Part shown: positions 33,954 through 46,349 of the stretch, piece after piece | Numbering within the stretch: the first letter of the stretch is position 1 | How the letters are laid out: every line of letters begins with the position of its first letter | Assembly: GCA_019828565.1 (NCBI GenBank) | Contig: JAHDYR010000066.1 | Coordinates: 248,001-312,000, forward strand | Origin: Carpediemonas membranifera BICM | Taxonomy: Eukaryota > Protista > Fornicata | Direction: 5' to 3' | Length of the DNA: 64,000 nt | Notes under the pieces: generated by a model | What the model saw: the letters and a program-made list of their open reading frames with translations, nothing else | What the model was told of the DNA's origin: nothing | Database searches by the model: none | Translations under genes and position numbers: made by a program

Positions 33954-34985
33954 CTAGGCGGCCACCATCCCCCTGACGCTCCCGGGCAGACGGCCGACCA
34001 CGAGGGTCCCGTCGCTCCCCAGCACAGCCGCCACAAACGGGTCGACTGCACTCCACACCGTCTCTTCCACTCCAATTCCCTCGGGGAGCGGCATCTGGAG
34101 AGCCGCAAGGTGCCGGGCGCCGGCCGCATGGACGTCTGCGACCGCAACAGTCGACGAGTAGGCGCCCCCGACGAGGACGACCGAGGTGTACAGCGTGTTT
34201 GCCGAGAGCGCCGTGCCGAAGTGCGGCAGGGCAGTGTCGCTATGGGTCGGCGCGAGTGTGCCCGCCCCGTTGGATGCCCAGGCGGTGAGGCGCCCATCAG
34301 TGCCGGTGGTGTAGATGCGGTCGTCGATGGTCAGCGGAGAGACTCTGAGCGCGATGGAGTCCTCAACAGAGCCCTGGGCGACGGCCTTCATGGTCTTGAG
34401 GCTGAATACGATGACCCTGTGGCCTTCCCCAATGACGATGCGGTCGGGCACCGTCTCCAGCCACGCTGCTGTCCTGATCCTGCCGTCCGTGCGGTATATC
34501 TCCGTCCCCATGTCCTTAGGGGCGTCGGTATCCACCAGGCAAATGGAGCCAGGTCCCACGAGACAGAGGTTGTCCATCGTGGGGTGGGTCAGCAGTAGGA
34601 TCGACGGGTCCACGGCCAGACGCCACTCCTCGGTCAGCGCGGCATCGATGCCCATGCTGTACGCCATCAGGAAGGATTCGACTGGGTTCTTTGCCAGAAC
34701 GATGAGGAGGCTCTCGTTTCTCGCGAAGCCGAGGGACTGGACTTCTCCATCGATGTCCGTGGTGCTCAGGATGGCAATGCTGGCGTTAAGCTCGTCATAT
34801 TCGATCATTATCAGCTTGTTCTTCGACAGGGCATCCCCGGTGAATGGTGCGAGCGATGATGTACCCACAATGAAGCGGGGCAGCGGATGATCCTGAGTAA
34901 GAGCGGATGGAGGGATTCATACGCCTGGCACGTGCTTCAACGTGTTCCCGAAGGCCGGCAACCGGAACGTTGCACTGTTGTCCAT
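33954..34985 (-). CDS. EIPR1: EARP/GARP-interacting WD40 protein EIPR1/TSSC1 (intron 34893-34922)
   Basis: Spliced N-terminus RFIVGTSSL..NKLIMIEYDE and C-terminus WSAVDPF..GSDGTLVVGRLP. Confidence 0.75.
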
Positions 34986-35074
34986 CTCCTTGTTCTTGTG
35001 GATGACTCATGACGGGAGTCGAGCCAACCCAACGCCACCAGTGCCTATGTATCCGATTTACTCTGCCCTACACT

Positions 35075-35874
35075 CTATGCCGCGAAGAGCTGGGCGATCA
35101 TCCCCAGGACGGCCGTGTACTTGTCCATCTCCAGCAACCCGACGTGCGTGCGGTACTCGTGCTCGTCCGCATGTCCGGTGACGACGTGGCCGGACCAGCA
35201 GCACTGCGGGATGATCACCGAGTCCTCTGTCTGTGCGTATAGGACGTCGCCATCCCCCGTGGCGTTTGCCCTCTTGCCATGGTCCCCAACCTTGATAGCG
35301 GACTGCCCCACGACGATGATCTTGTCGTATGTGTACATGGCGGCGTCCTCGGCGTACTCCGTGCGGGAGTACTCGAGGTCCTGCTGCAGGGAGTCATAGA
35401 GCGGGCGGACCACGGTGTCCGGGATCCCCACGGCGCGCCTGCTGACAAGGACGCCCCAGTGCTCGTTGTCCGGGATGGCGGGGGCGGCGGCCTTGGAGAG
35501 AAGGGCCGCGAGGTCAGCCTTCCACTTGCCGTCGTGGAACTTGAGAGAAACGACAGACGAGATGCCGAGAGCGTCTGACTGTACCTCATCACCGTTCATA
35601 ACCTTGACGCAGGAGCCAACCTCGGCCTGGTTGGCGATGATAGTCGAGAAGCCCTTCGAATCAAAATCGTTAGTGCCAAGGAAGCCTGTAAGAATGCCCT
35701 CAAGAATGACCTGATCCTCGGGGAGCGGATCGTTGAAGCCGAACTCGAAGTATTCCATCTCATTGCCAGTCTGTGTCATAGCAAAGAAGCAGTGGGACAT
35801 ACCTGTGCGAAAATGTCTTCATTCGCGAATTCCTCGTCAACAACTTCCTTCTGCTGCTGCTTTCTCTTAGCCAT
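35075..35874 (-). CDS. BCCIP: BCCIP/Bcp1 ribosome biogenesis factor (intron 35771-35802)
   Basis: FEFGFNDP..D..ILTGFL..IIANQAEVGSCVK and GVLVSRRAVGIP..PLY. Confidence 0.8.
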
Positions 35875-36201
35875 CTCTCAGAGTCCCGTTCACGTGGAGA
35901 TGCCGCTCTGCGCGGAGAGGAATTACATGAGGGTACATAAATCGGCCAGAAGTCACTGGATTACGTCTATACGATGTTGCTTGTCACCTGGTCGATTTTG
36001 CGCCGCTGATTTTCATCTGTTTAGGATTCCGCATTTTATCTCCCTCACACTGTGGTTTAGAGGGTTTATGTGGAGGATTCATGTAAAGGTGACTTAGGCT
36101 GTCGACCCCCCTGGGATGAACTCCAGAGGGCTGAACAGGTTCAGTCTGACGGCCCACCTGTCGTACACCAGAAGGGTAGCGGACATGAGGGCGTCGGCGA
36201 T

Positions 36202-36238
36202 TGTTTAGACTCAACAATTCTAATCCTGCGCAGCACAC
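36202..36238 (+). repeat. Upstream direct-repeat copy of the NAA20 promoter/5'UTR flanking Fanzor locus 1
   Basis: Matches 37566-37603; the 3' 22 nt (ATTCTAATCCTGCGCAGCACAC) are identical. Confidence 0.9.
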
Positions 36239-36602
36239 TACCTCCACTCACCCACTTCAGCCCTCGTCTGTACCATCGGGCTGTCGTGCTTTCAGTCGTC
36301 GGTCTGCACGAAAAGATGCGTCGTCTGTCGTCCATCGTCTGTGTCGAACGCTGCTGTCTTCTTTCGCGTCTGTGCTCGTCTGTTACGCGCTCATCTGTCG
36401 TCCATTGCTGGCGTCTGAAGCTCATGTCGTCGTCGTCATCTTCGTCTGTTGTGAGAGAGAGACACTAGTGGTGGAAAGCGGTTGTAGCTGGTAGTAAAGA
36501 CGCTTTGTGTTTTATGATGCTGGTTTCTTGTGTTTTGAGGGATGCTGCTAGCTGATGAACCCTGAAAAGAAATGATCGATGCAGGCAGCTCAATAGACTC
36601 CA

Positions 36603-37489
36603 ATGCCTTCCAAGATATACACGGTGAAGGTTTCCGTTAACAAGGCCATTGGCGAGATTAACGGTGGAGGCGATAACAACGCGCCGCGGCGAGGAAATCT
36701 TGAACCCAGCATGCGTTCTTTCACGCAGGCTAAGTACACATTCACTTGCCTGCTTGCGTGCGTCTCTGCATCTGCGCACGCGTTGACCCCACCGAGGATG
36801 GTCAACCTGTTGCCACCCCCTCTTTCCGCGTGAATATGAGCGCAGCATCGTTCAAAACGACAAGTCTAGAGGCTCTCAAACAGTCGATTAGGTTTGTCCA
36901 TGAGAACATCGTTCAGATCATCAACGAGGGGACGAGAAAGTGTTTCCGCCGTGCGACTTTTGCCAATCACTGTCTGCGCCAGAAGCACTTCGCCCGGGCT
37001 GGACGTCAACTCCTGGATGATCTCGGCGGGCGCCCCCCGGAGCCCATTCACCTCGAAGTCGCGTATGGGGCTGCACTGTTTGGTTCCGCCGGTACTCCCT
37101 CCTGTGCTCCGTACCGCCACTTTGCTCGAGCTCTTCCTGGCATCATGCTCCGGCACAACGTCGTCGTGACTGTCACGATGGTCTCGGAATTCCGCACTTC
37201 CATCGTGTGCCCATACTGCAAAGCACACTTCAGACGTGTGGTGCACACACACCGCACCATGCTCTGCCAGAATCCCGCGTGCGAGGGAGCTCCATGGCGC
37301 GTTGAACGGCTACGTCGGCATCCCGAGCAGAGAGACATACTTCTCAATCTCTCTCACCGAGATAAGAGCGCCAGCGAGAACATCCTTTGGTGCACCTACG
37401 ATGCAACTTCAGATCAGACTGAGCAATCTCCTTTCCACTACGACTACGACGAGGTGCTCTTCCTCGCTATCATTAACTTGCCAAGTTGA
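36603..37489 (+). pseudogene. Fanzor1 copy 1, internally deleted (lacks RuvC-I)
   Basis: SFKTTSL..FRRATF..RQK, VAYGAALF, VSEFRTSIVCPYC and HRDKSASENI; clear paralog of 58184-59818. The short upstream ORF 36603-36833 may be the N-terminus. Confidence 0.85.
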
Positions 37490-37603
37490 GCCAGCACGCG
37501 CTGCAGCGCACGATTGATAGAGTATGATGAACCACACTGCGATCCTGATGCTGCTTGGATCACTGTGTTTTGGACTCAAGTATTCTAATCCTGCGCAGCA
37601 CAC
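37468..37603 (+). ncRNA. Candidate omegaRNA (scaffold plus guide) of Fanzor copy 1
   Basis: Nucleotide homology to 59774-59845 in a different reading frame. Hairpins at 37498-37509 and 37533-37567, followed by host flank. Confidence 0.5.
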
Positions 37604-37621
37604 ACACCACGGCCATAAGCC

Positions 37622-38216
37622 ATGACGCACCTTCGGATGATGCACGTAGACGACATGTTCACCTTCAACAATGTCAATTTTGACAGCTATACTGAGACAG
37701 TTTGTCGCCTTGCGCGTTTCCTAATGCAGTATCGTGTATCCTTCTATCATAACTACATCGCTCGCTGGCCAGGTATGTGCCAGATCGCACAGGCGGTCAA
37801 TGGATCAATTCAGGGCTACAGTATGTTTTCAGTTCTTCCCTCTTAACCCAGTGATTGGCAAGTCCGAGGACCTGTCTGGGGGAGCTGATCTCCCCCACTC
37901 TCTCCGCGGCCACGTGTCCGCTGTCACGGTCGACCCCAGATACAGGAGGAATGGCGTGGCATCCCAGCTGATGGACAACTTCGAAGCGGTGTCCGAGAAG
38001 CAATACAAGGGCTACTTCATCGACCTCTTCGTACGAGCGTCAAATAAGACTGCTATCGAGTTCTATAAGCGGCGCGGGTACATTGTTTACCGGGAGGTGG
38101 CGAATTACTACGGCGACGAGGACGCGTACGACATGCGGAAGGCGACAGCGCTGGACAGGGAAAAGGAGACACTTACCCCCAAGGCAACGAGGATAGCGCC
38201 GAACGAGTACGATTAA
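37622..38216 (+). CDS. NAA20: NatB catalytic subunit (introns 37700-37729 and 37821-37851)
   Basis: DDMFTFNNVNFDSYTET|Y, GHVSAVTVDPRYRRNG, FIDLFVRASN and EDAYDMRK. Confidence 0.93.
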
Positions 38217-38481
38217 AGCAGTGCGGCACGGTATTGTGGAGCTGACGGCGTCGAGGGTGTTGGGCGGAGAGGCTTCTTGGGAATGGAGCAGTCCAAGGGA
38301 ACGAAAGTGTTGGCGGCGTGAAGCGTGTCTATGAGTGATTGGACTGCTCCATCAGTTATTCACAGTATCCCCGTGCTGTCCGGATTGGAGCATGGCACTT
38401 AAAACTGCACCACCGGTGCTCAGAGTAATCGGAGAAAATCCCGAGCGCAAGCAACGTATGCCTGGTAATAAGATCTCCAGC

Positions 38482-41400
38482 ATGCGTATATCACAGCTAA
38501 AGTTCCAGGACTTTAAGAGCTACAAGGGAGAGGTCGTCGTTCCCTTCGATGAGCATCTCTCGGCCATTATCGGTCCCAACGGCTGTGGTGTTTGTTTCCT
38601 ATCCACCTCTAACATAGAAGAGCAATATCATGGACGGTATCTGCTTTGTTCTTGGCCTTCCCAAGAGCTACATGCGTGTTGCCACCATCGACAAGCTCAT
38701 TTGCTGGGACGCCGAGGACGAGAAGCGTGCTCTCGTTGAGATCACCTTCATCGACACGAAGCATCCCAGTCGCGAGCTCCGCTACTCCCGTTCTGTCCAG
38801 GTCGACGGCCGTACGCCCCGCAGCACGTTCCGTATCGGCAACAAGATTGTCTCTGCTGAGGAATACGAATCTTCCCTCGTCTCTATCGGTGTCACCGTCA
38901 CCCAGCCGACGTCGTTCCTCATCCAGCAGGGCAGCGTCATGCGCATTGCCGAGCAAGCATCTGTCGACCTCACAGCGCTGATCGAAGAGCTCTCAGGGTC
39001 TGGCAAGTTCCGCAAAGCGTTCATTGAGCGCCGCATAGCCCTCGAGGAGGCCAAGACTCGTCAGTTCAACGAGTCAGTGAACAAGCGGACCATGCAGGGC
39101 CAGGCCAAGGCTCTCAAGCACCAGGTTAACGAGCTCAAGCGCTACAATGACCTCAAGGAGAAGCGCAAGGACTGCCAAGAGGAGGCCATGATGCTCCGCA
39201 TCGGCCAGTCCCGCCACAGGCTCCAAGAGGCGACCGCCACGCGAGACAAAGCCAAGGCCGACATCGCCGAATGTGTCGCTCTCATCCAGAGCGCCGAGAA
39301 GACCCGCACCGCTGTCTTCAGAGAGGCCCAGGGCCTGAACAAGGCGATGATCGAGACGAAGGCCGAGCTTGCGGCGCTCGACTCGGCCCAGCCGGACACC
39401 GATGACCTTGAGGCGCGTGTGACCTTCCTGCGGCAGCGGGGCAAGGAGTACAAGGGCGCCCTCAAGGAGCTGGCTGAGCAGCTCAAGAAGGAGCAGGCCG
39501 ACAACGAGCGGGACGCGGGGCTACTCGACGAGACTGACGCGCACCTTAAGGCGCTGGAGAGCACCCCCGCCAGCATTCTCGACGGGGAGCTCGCAGACGA
39601 GTATGCCGAGCTGAAGAAGGAGTTCGAGCACAAGCACGCGGACCTCGTCGCCAAGGCCAACAAGGAGGCGGCCGTCGACGACCAACTCGAGGCCCTACTC
39701 ACGAGCGCCAAGGAACGGGTAGAGGAGACGGAGGCGTCGATACGGCGGCACCAGGAGCAGATTGGGGCCACTGAGACGAAGAGGGCCGGGCTACAGCAGG
39801 GTCTGTCCCGGATGGGGCACAGAGTGACGCACGCCAGGAACGAGGTCGACGCCCTGCAGGAGAGACTCAACAGCTTCGAGACGGAGAAGGCCGAGATCCA
39901 GCGGGAGCTGCGGACCGTCGACGAGCAGCTCGGGTCCAGCGCCGCGTCCCGTCAGATGAACAGGGCCGCCGAGAGGGCCCGCCAGACCGTAACCGAGCTC
40001 CGCAGTAGCGTGTTGGGCGTGTACGGGACTGTGTCGGACCTCATCCGGCCCAAGAAGGACAGGGAGACCGCTGCCGTTGTCGTCGGACTCGGCCGGCATG
40101 TGGACTCCATCGTCGTCGACACGCTGGAGACCGCCAACAAGTGCATGGAGCTGCTCAGACTCAAGACGGGCGGCCGCCGCAAGTTCCTGCCTCTGGAGAC
40201 GATCAGGGCCAAGGCAATCGACCCCGCTATTGCCGACCGGGTCAAGCAGGGCCGCGGCCGTAAGATGCTGTACGACGCGGTGACGTTTGAGGAGAACTTC
40301 AAGACGATCGCCCAATTCGTGTGCCAGAACACGGTGCTGGCCCCCACCATCGAGGACGCCCAGGCCGTCGCATGGCCCAACCAGGGCAAGCGGGTACGGA
40401 CAGTCGCCATGACCAAGCGGTGCGAGCTCTTCCTGAAGTCAGGCACGATCTCGACGAGCGGGAACCTGGCCGACCGCACCGCCAAATACAGCGAGGCCGC
40501 CATGGGCGAGCTGAGGGCCAAGAGAGACGCCCTCAACAGCCGTCTGGCCGACCACAGCGTCCGCCGCTACCACGAGATTAGCGAGGAGCTCCAGGGCGCC
40601 CAGGGCAGCTGTCAGGCCGCCCTCCGCAAGCAGGAGGCCGCCACCAACGAGATAGACCAGGCGCAGGCGGTCATCGAGGGCCACGAGTCGAGCTGCGAGA
40701 AGATCAGGCGCAGTCTCGAGGCGCTGGAGTCCGAGCGGGACAGCCGGCAGGCCGAGTACGAGGCGCACCACGACGTGCACTGCGAGACGCTGGAGAGGTT
40801 GAACAAGGAGGCAGACCGCTTCTACAAGGCCTTCATCAAACGTGTGCAGAAGGCCGGGCTCAAGGTCCAGAACGTCCGCGACCTCGAGGGCGACACGAAG
40901 AGCGCCCGCAGACGCCAGAAGGAGGAGCGGATGAGGCTGGTCGAGAGGCGGGAGCGGCTCAAGACGGCCATGGACATCAGGGCGAAGAAGCACACGGAGG
41001 TGCACGTCGCCAAGGCCGAGGAGCGGGTGAAGACGAACGAGGCCCAGCTGGCCGACAGCGAAAAGGCCAGCAAGGCGGCGTACGGCAAGTCCAAGACCGC
41101 CAAGAAGCAGCGGGAGGCACTCGAGGCGAAGCTGGGGGAGCTGACGGACAAGAAGGACGACCTGGTCGCCCGGAAGAAGGCCTCGACGGACGCTGTGGGG
41201 GAGAACAAGCGGCGACGGGACCGGGCGGAGAGCCTGCTGTCGTCCGCGGCCCAGCGTATCGCGGACCACAAGCGGACACTGACGGGGCACTTCAACACAC
41301 TCAGGATGCAGAACCTCGAGCTGACGGGCTACCGGTCCCAGGGCAAGCGGGCGAGGGCCCACGCCACCCAGACGTTCGGGCTGACGGCGTTTGTGTCCGA

Positions 41401-42286
41401 CACGCAGCAGACGGACGAGGACGTGTACGATGACATCGAAGCCTTCTTCGACACACTTAACTTCAAGGCGTTCAAGGACATCATCAGCAGCGACGCCAAG
41501 GTCGACGAGGAGCTCGCCCGTCTCAGAGGCGCCGTCAAGGAGACCCAGGCCGAGCTCGACGCGATGGTCCCGAACCACAACGTCGAAGGCGAGTTTGACC
41601 ACATCACGGAGCGGCTAGGGGAACACGAGGCACAGCTCAACGAGGTCGCGGCCGCCGTGGAGGAGGCCGAGCGCCTCTTCCAGGTTTGCAAGAAGCAGCG
41701 CACCGACCTCTTCGTCGAGACGGCCAACGACCTGTCTGCTGCCATCCAGCAGACGTATGCCGTCCTCACGGGCGAGGCGGGCAGCGTGCAGGGTAAGGCA
41801 GAGATCCAGCTCGAGTCCGATGATCCGTTCGTGAGCGAGGACGCCGCTTGCCAGCTGCGGGTGATGCCGCCCCGCAAGCGGTACATCTCGATGTCCGAGC
41901 TATCCGGCGGCGAGAAGACCATGGCTGCCCTCGCCCTCATCTTCGCCATGCGGATGGTAAGACCCGCGCCCTTCTTCGTCATGGACGAGGTCGACGCAGC
42001 CCTCGACCAGACCAACGTCACCCGCCTTGTCGACTTCATCACGGGGCTGCGGCACGAGACCCAGGTGCTCCTGGTCTCCCTCAAGACCGAGGTTTACGAG
42101 ACCGCCCAGCGCCTCGTAGGGGTCACCCGGCCGCCCAACATGAGCACGCAGGTGTACGTGCTCGACAACGACACCGGCTACGACGGCAGGGAGACCGACA
42201 CCGAGCTCGGGTCCGTGGCGCAGTCGAATCTTGACTCCATGGACGCCAGCGCCATCGAGGGCGGGTCCCTCCTCCACGGCTATTAA
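38482..42286 (+). CDS. SMC1: Cohesin subunit SMC1 (intron 38590-38617)
   Basis: FKSY, spliced Walker A GPNGCG|KSN, hinge, LSGGEKTMAALAL and PAPFFVMDEVDAALD. Confidence 0.92.
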
Positions 42287-42401
42287 TGGTAAATGTTGAA
42301 CGATGGCTGGATTGGGGGCTAGACGGCTCTTGGGCAGCTCAGCATTCAATCAGCCTCCGTTCTTGATGCGTGCACTTTAAAGTCATCGACGACGTTGCCG
42401 A

Positions 42402-45400
42402 ATGCTCATTGTTGATAGCATTCAGAAGCCCACATGGGTTCAAAAGGCAATTAGTGGCTCATTTTCTGCTCCGAATCAGATAGAGTTTGTTCTGTGTCGC
42501 AACAACACGCTGGAACTGTACAGTTTTGACGCTGAGCTCGACGAGCTTACTCTCACAAGCCGCACGCCGGTATATTCGGTTATTCGTGATATTGTGAGCT
42601 ATAATCTTCCCGAGACCGAGACTGATGTGATCTCCTTGGGCACAGACAGCGGCCGCTTCACAGTTTATGCCTACGACGCCGCTGCCGGTGAGTTCAAATG
42701 CCGGGCAAGCCACCCATACGGCCGCACAGGGTGCCGCCGCACTGTACCCGGCCAGTTCATCGCGGCCCAGCCATCCGGCGACATGGTGATGGTGGCGGCA
42801 GTTGAGGAGGCCAAGGTCTTCTACCACGTGTCTGCGGACGAGCAGTACACCCTGTCCGCAGTCCAGGCGTCCAACAGACCCCGCACCCTGACGTACGACG
42901 TCGCAGCTCTCGAGACGGCGCCGGGACAGCCCGCCCTCTTCGCCGCGATCGAGGCCACGTATGAGGACCCCGCGAAGAGGCTCGTCATATACAGCACGAG
43001 CCCAGGCCAGCAGGCCCCCGAGGTGCACATGCGGATGGATCCCCTGCCCCCGACGGCGCACCGCATCGTGCCCCTGCCAGCCACGGACGTCGTGGGGGCT
43101 TGTCTGGTCTGCTGCGAGGACGAGGTGCTCTACCTCGAGGAGTACAGTGCGGATCCCGTCCAATGCTTTATCCCCAGGAGGGATGTGTTCAAGCCCGCCA
43201 GCCCCGCCTTCGAGTCCCAGTCGACGGGGACCATCATCACGGGCGCCGTCGGACAGAAGATGAGGGCCACGGGCGAGGCCTTCATGCTCATCCAGACCGA
43301 GCACGGCGACGTCTTCCGGGTGGCGGTGGGTCCGTCCCTCACGGTGTCGTTCGTCCGGACCCTGCCGGTCGCCGCGTCCATGGCCTTCAACAGGGGCAGG
43401 CTGCTCCTGGCCGCCGAGAGTGGGCCGCACGGCATGTTCCTGGTGCAACCGGGCTCCCAGGCGGACGACAGCGCCGCCCAGCCGGACGTCCGCTGTTCAT
43501 CGGGCGAGCCCTGCCCCACTATCAGCTGGGCCGGCCCGAAGACGGTGCCTCAGTTCTACCTCGACCCCATCGACGTCACCCTGCCCAGCCTAGGCCCACT
43601 CATCAGGGCCGTACCGCTGGAGAGCAGCGGGTCGTCCGTGCTGATGCAGCTCGTCGGGCACCGCCACCACTCCCGCCTGGTCGTGTCGAAGCGGGGGGTG
43701 GAGTCGACGTCGGAGGTGTCCATCGCGATTGAGGGCATGTCGCCGACCGAGCGGATTGCGGACATCTGGGCTGTATCGACGAGCGCCCCCACGACAGCAG
43801 CGGAGGACGACATCGACGACCTCGTCGTCCTGTCGGTGTCGAAGGCCGTGGGCGACAGTCTGGTCTATCGCACCATATTCTACCGCCTGGTTTTCGTTGA
43901 GGACGAGGACGAGAACGTCTCCCTGTCCTTCTCACACGCCGACGCCGGCTGGGTGGAGGAGATGGGCTTGTCGACCGCCCACACCGTCCTGGTCCACTCG
44001 TACCGCACCGAGGGCCACACGTTCATCGCCCAGGTCACCGAGGCCGCCGTGTGCACCCTCGACATCGCCCCCAACCCCGAGGACGAGGAGGCCCCCCTCA
44101 TCACCAGGGGCTGCCTCACGACGGCCGCCGTGGCGGGGGGCACCGCGATCACCCAGGCCGCTGGACACGCGGGTAGGGTGACCCTCGTCTTTGGGGACAC
44201 TGTGCTGGCGTCGGTGGCCATGGAGAACGGCTTCAGCATCGTCCAGACCGCCCTGCCCGTGCAGATTAGCACGATCACGTGCGTATCTCTCGATTCGGCT
44301 GGTCTTATTATCGGATCTTTTGGATCTGCCGAGATCTTTGCTGTCCACTCATCCGGCACGCTCCGGCACATCTGCCGACTCCGGACTCCCGGCAGAGTCG
44401 ACTCAGTCATCCGGCACGGGTCCTCCCTCTTCGTGGCGACGAGCGCTCAGGTCGCCAGTGTCAGGCAGTTTATGATCGAGGCCGACGGGTCTGCCTCTGA
44501 ACAGTCGACCGCCCTCGTTGCCGCCCGCCGCCCCTTCCAGCTGAAGCGGCTGGGATCTGCCGTGCTGGCCGGGTCAGACCGGCTGTACCACGTCGGCATG
44601 GGCGGCGGGCTGCTGGACGTCCGCGAGGTCATCTGCCCCGTGGCCCACTGCGTTGGGGCCGTCAACATCGAGGGCAAGCCCATGATGCTGCGCGGGTCGG
44701 CTGGCCTCACACTGCTCTCGCTGAAGACGCACGACTATTTCGTCCCCCTCGCGGAGCTGCCCGTCAACCTGACCCCCAGGTTCGCCGTGCCCCTCGGCCA
44801 GCCCGTCGAGACCCCTGACAAGAGCACCATCATCACCATGGCCGTGGTGGAGGCTGATCAACGGGTCGCCCCCACGGCCGACAAGGACCTCGCCGAGCAC
44901 GGTTACCGGCCGGCGGTCGACGGCGTCGGGCTGACGAGGCTGAGACTGATCAGGGTCGGCATCAGATTCGGCATATCTGCGACAATTGAGACGATCAGCA
45001 TCGTGGACCTCACTGACATGGGCATGGCGGTGACTGCTGCCACCGTCGTCGGCCAGCACCTCGTCCTCGCGGCATCAAGGGCGACAGGCCCGTGGCTGGG
45101 CCGTAACGGCAGGGAAAACGCCGCCAAGGCCACCGGCGAGCTGATGCTGTTCGATTTCAACGGCCGGAAGCTGTCGATGGTCGAGACGGCGGCACCGCCC
45201 CGCTCGCTGGCGCCCTTCAGCGAGGGCGTCCTCGTCTCCGTCGGGCACTCCCTGGTCCATTACCAGGTGCGGGGCGGCCGGCTGCTCCGAGCAGCAGTGT
45301 CGCCGCCCCTGCCCGGCCCCCTGGGCACCGTGCTAGCTGACGGGGACGTCCGGGTCTGGGCCGCGACGGGGCGGGGGTGGTGTGTCCTGTCGTTCGACTC

Positions 45401-45983
45401 GATCGACTCGACATTCACCGTGGTCGCCCAGGAGCAATCCGTCCGCTACCCCATCGCCGGTGTCATCGTCGACAGGGACAGTGTGCTGGCCGCTGACCGC
45501 TTTGGCACGCTGTACCTTGTCACTGTGCCGGCGTTCACCGCCAGCAAGCTCAGGACGGGAGCAGAGGTCGTATCGACCACGGGGCATGACGTAGTCGAGC
45601 CTGACCTGCTCCATCTGACACACAGCACGAACATCCACGACTCGGTGACGTCCTTCTGCCCTGTCATCGTCGGAAAACGCTGCAGCTTCCTGTTTTCCAC
45701 GCTGTGCGGGCAGATCGGCTGGGTCCACCCTATCAAGACAGAGTCGGACGCTAACGTGCTCCACGCCATCCAAGCCGGGCTGCAAACGACGTACACGGAG
45801 TCGTATCGCTCCTCGTTCTTCCCGGCCCTAAACTGCGTCGACTTCGACTTGGTGAAGTCGGCCGCGCGGCTCACCGGGGACGACTGGGAGACCATTGGGC
45901 TGGGCCGGCATGAGCAGACTCGGGCTGTGACCCGGGGAGAGGCGCTGAGGCTTATTCAGAACCTGGCGCTCGAGGTCATCTAG
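42402..45983 (+). CDS. SF3B3: Splicing factor 3B subunit 3 (SAP130/Rse1)
   Basis: GSFS..Q.E, YGRTGCRRTVPGQF, ADRFG and YRSSFFPALNCVD. Confidence 0.88.
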   Translation: MLIVDSIQKPTWVQKAISGSFSAPNQIEFVLCRNNTLELYSFDAELDELTLTSRTPVYSVIRDIVSYNLPETETDVISLGTDSGRFTVYAYDAAAGEFKCRASHPYGRTGCRRTVPGQFIAAQPSGDMVMVAAVEEAKVFYHVSADEQYTLSAVQASNRPRTLTYDVAALETAPGQPALFAAIEATYEDPAKRLVIYSTSPGQQAPEVHMRMDPLPPTAHRIVPLPATDVVGACLVCCEDEVLYLEEYSADPVQCFIPRRDVFKPASPAFESQSTGTIITGAVGQKMRATGEAFMLIQTEHGDVFRVAVGPSLTVSFVRTLPVAASMAFNRGRLLLAAESGPHGMFLVQPGSQADDSAAQPDVRCSSGEPCPTISWAGPKTVPQFYLDPIDVTLPSLGPLIRAVPLESSGSSVLMQLVGHRHHSRLVVSKRGVESTSEVSIAIEGMSPTERIADIWAVSTSAPTTAAEDDIDDLVVLSVSKAVGDSLVYRTIFYRLVFVEDEDENVSLSFSHADAGWVEEMGLSTAHTVLVHSYRTEGHTFIAQVTEAAVCTLDIAPNPEDEEAPLITRGCLTTAAVAGGTAITQAAGHAGRVTLVFGDTVLASVAMENGFSIVQTALPVQISTITCVSLDSAGLIIGSFGSAEIFAVHSSGTLRHICRLRTPGRVDSVIRHGSSLFVATSAQVASVRQFMIEADGSASEQSTALVAARRPFQLKRLGSAVLAGSDRLYHVGMGGGLLDVREVICPVAHCVGAVNIEGKPMMLRGSAGLTLLSLKTHDYFVPLAELPVNLTPRFAVPLGQPVETPDKSTIITMAVVEADQRVAPTADKDLAEHGYRPAVDGVGLTRLRLIRVGIRFGISATIETISIVDLTDMGMAVTAATVVGQHLVLAASRATGPWLGRNGRENAAKATGELMLFDFNGRKLSMVETAAPPRSLAPFSEGVLVSVGHSLVHYQVRGGRLLRAAVSPPLPGPLGTVLADGDVRVWAATGRGWCVLSFDSIDSTFTVVAQEQSVRYPIAGVIVDRDSVLAADRFGTLYLVTVPAFTASKLRTGAEVVSTTGHDVVEPDLLHLTHSTNIHDSVTSFCPVIVGKRCSFLFSTLCGQIGWVHPIKTESDANVLHAIQAGLQTTYTESYRSSFFPALNCVDFDLVKSAARLTGDDWETIGLGRHEQTRAVTRGEALRLIQNLALEVI

Positions 45984-46118
45984 GCAGCGAGGTGGTGTTA
46001 ATGATATGTAAATGACCGGGTGTCGCAACGACTGTGGGTGTCGTTACGTGGACAGCGAACTAGGCTAATCAAACTTCGATTTGATCGATTCGCAGGATAA
46101 GGATCGACAGCTGAGAAA

Positions 46119-46349
46119 ATGGTCCGTGTGGAGGTCAAGAGCAAGTATATCTGCAGGAGTATGTCGTTATTCCGTTGTTATTGTTTATATAGGCTGTGGG
46201 CGCGAGACCGAGCTCGTTATCGAAGCTAACCAGCCTACTTCGATCCAATGCCCCGTTTGCCGCGGTAAGATCCTCTACAAGAAGCGTACTACCGAGCGTT
46301 TGTTCATATTTGTTCAAATCACACAGCTCTCGTCTTTGATTGCCGCTGA
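46119..46349 (+). CDS. RPB12: RNA polymerase I/II/III subunit RPABC4 (introns 46159-46192 and 46298-46326)
   Basis: Spliced product YICRSCG..IQCPVCRGKILYKKRTTEPLVFDCR. Confidence 0.9.

Noticed and set aside
39142-42349. Long antisense ORFs opposite SMC1 (also opposite SF3B3, CFAP251, CTP synthase and 61431-63923)
   Set aside because: Shadow ORFs caused by GC-rich codon bias on the coding strand.
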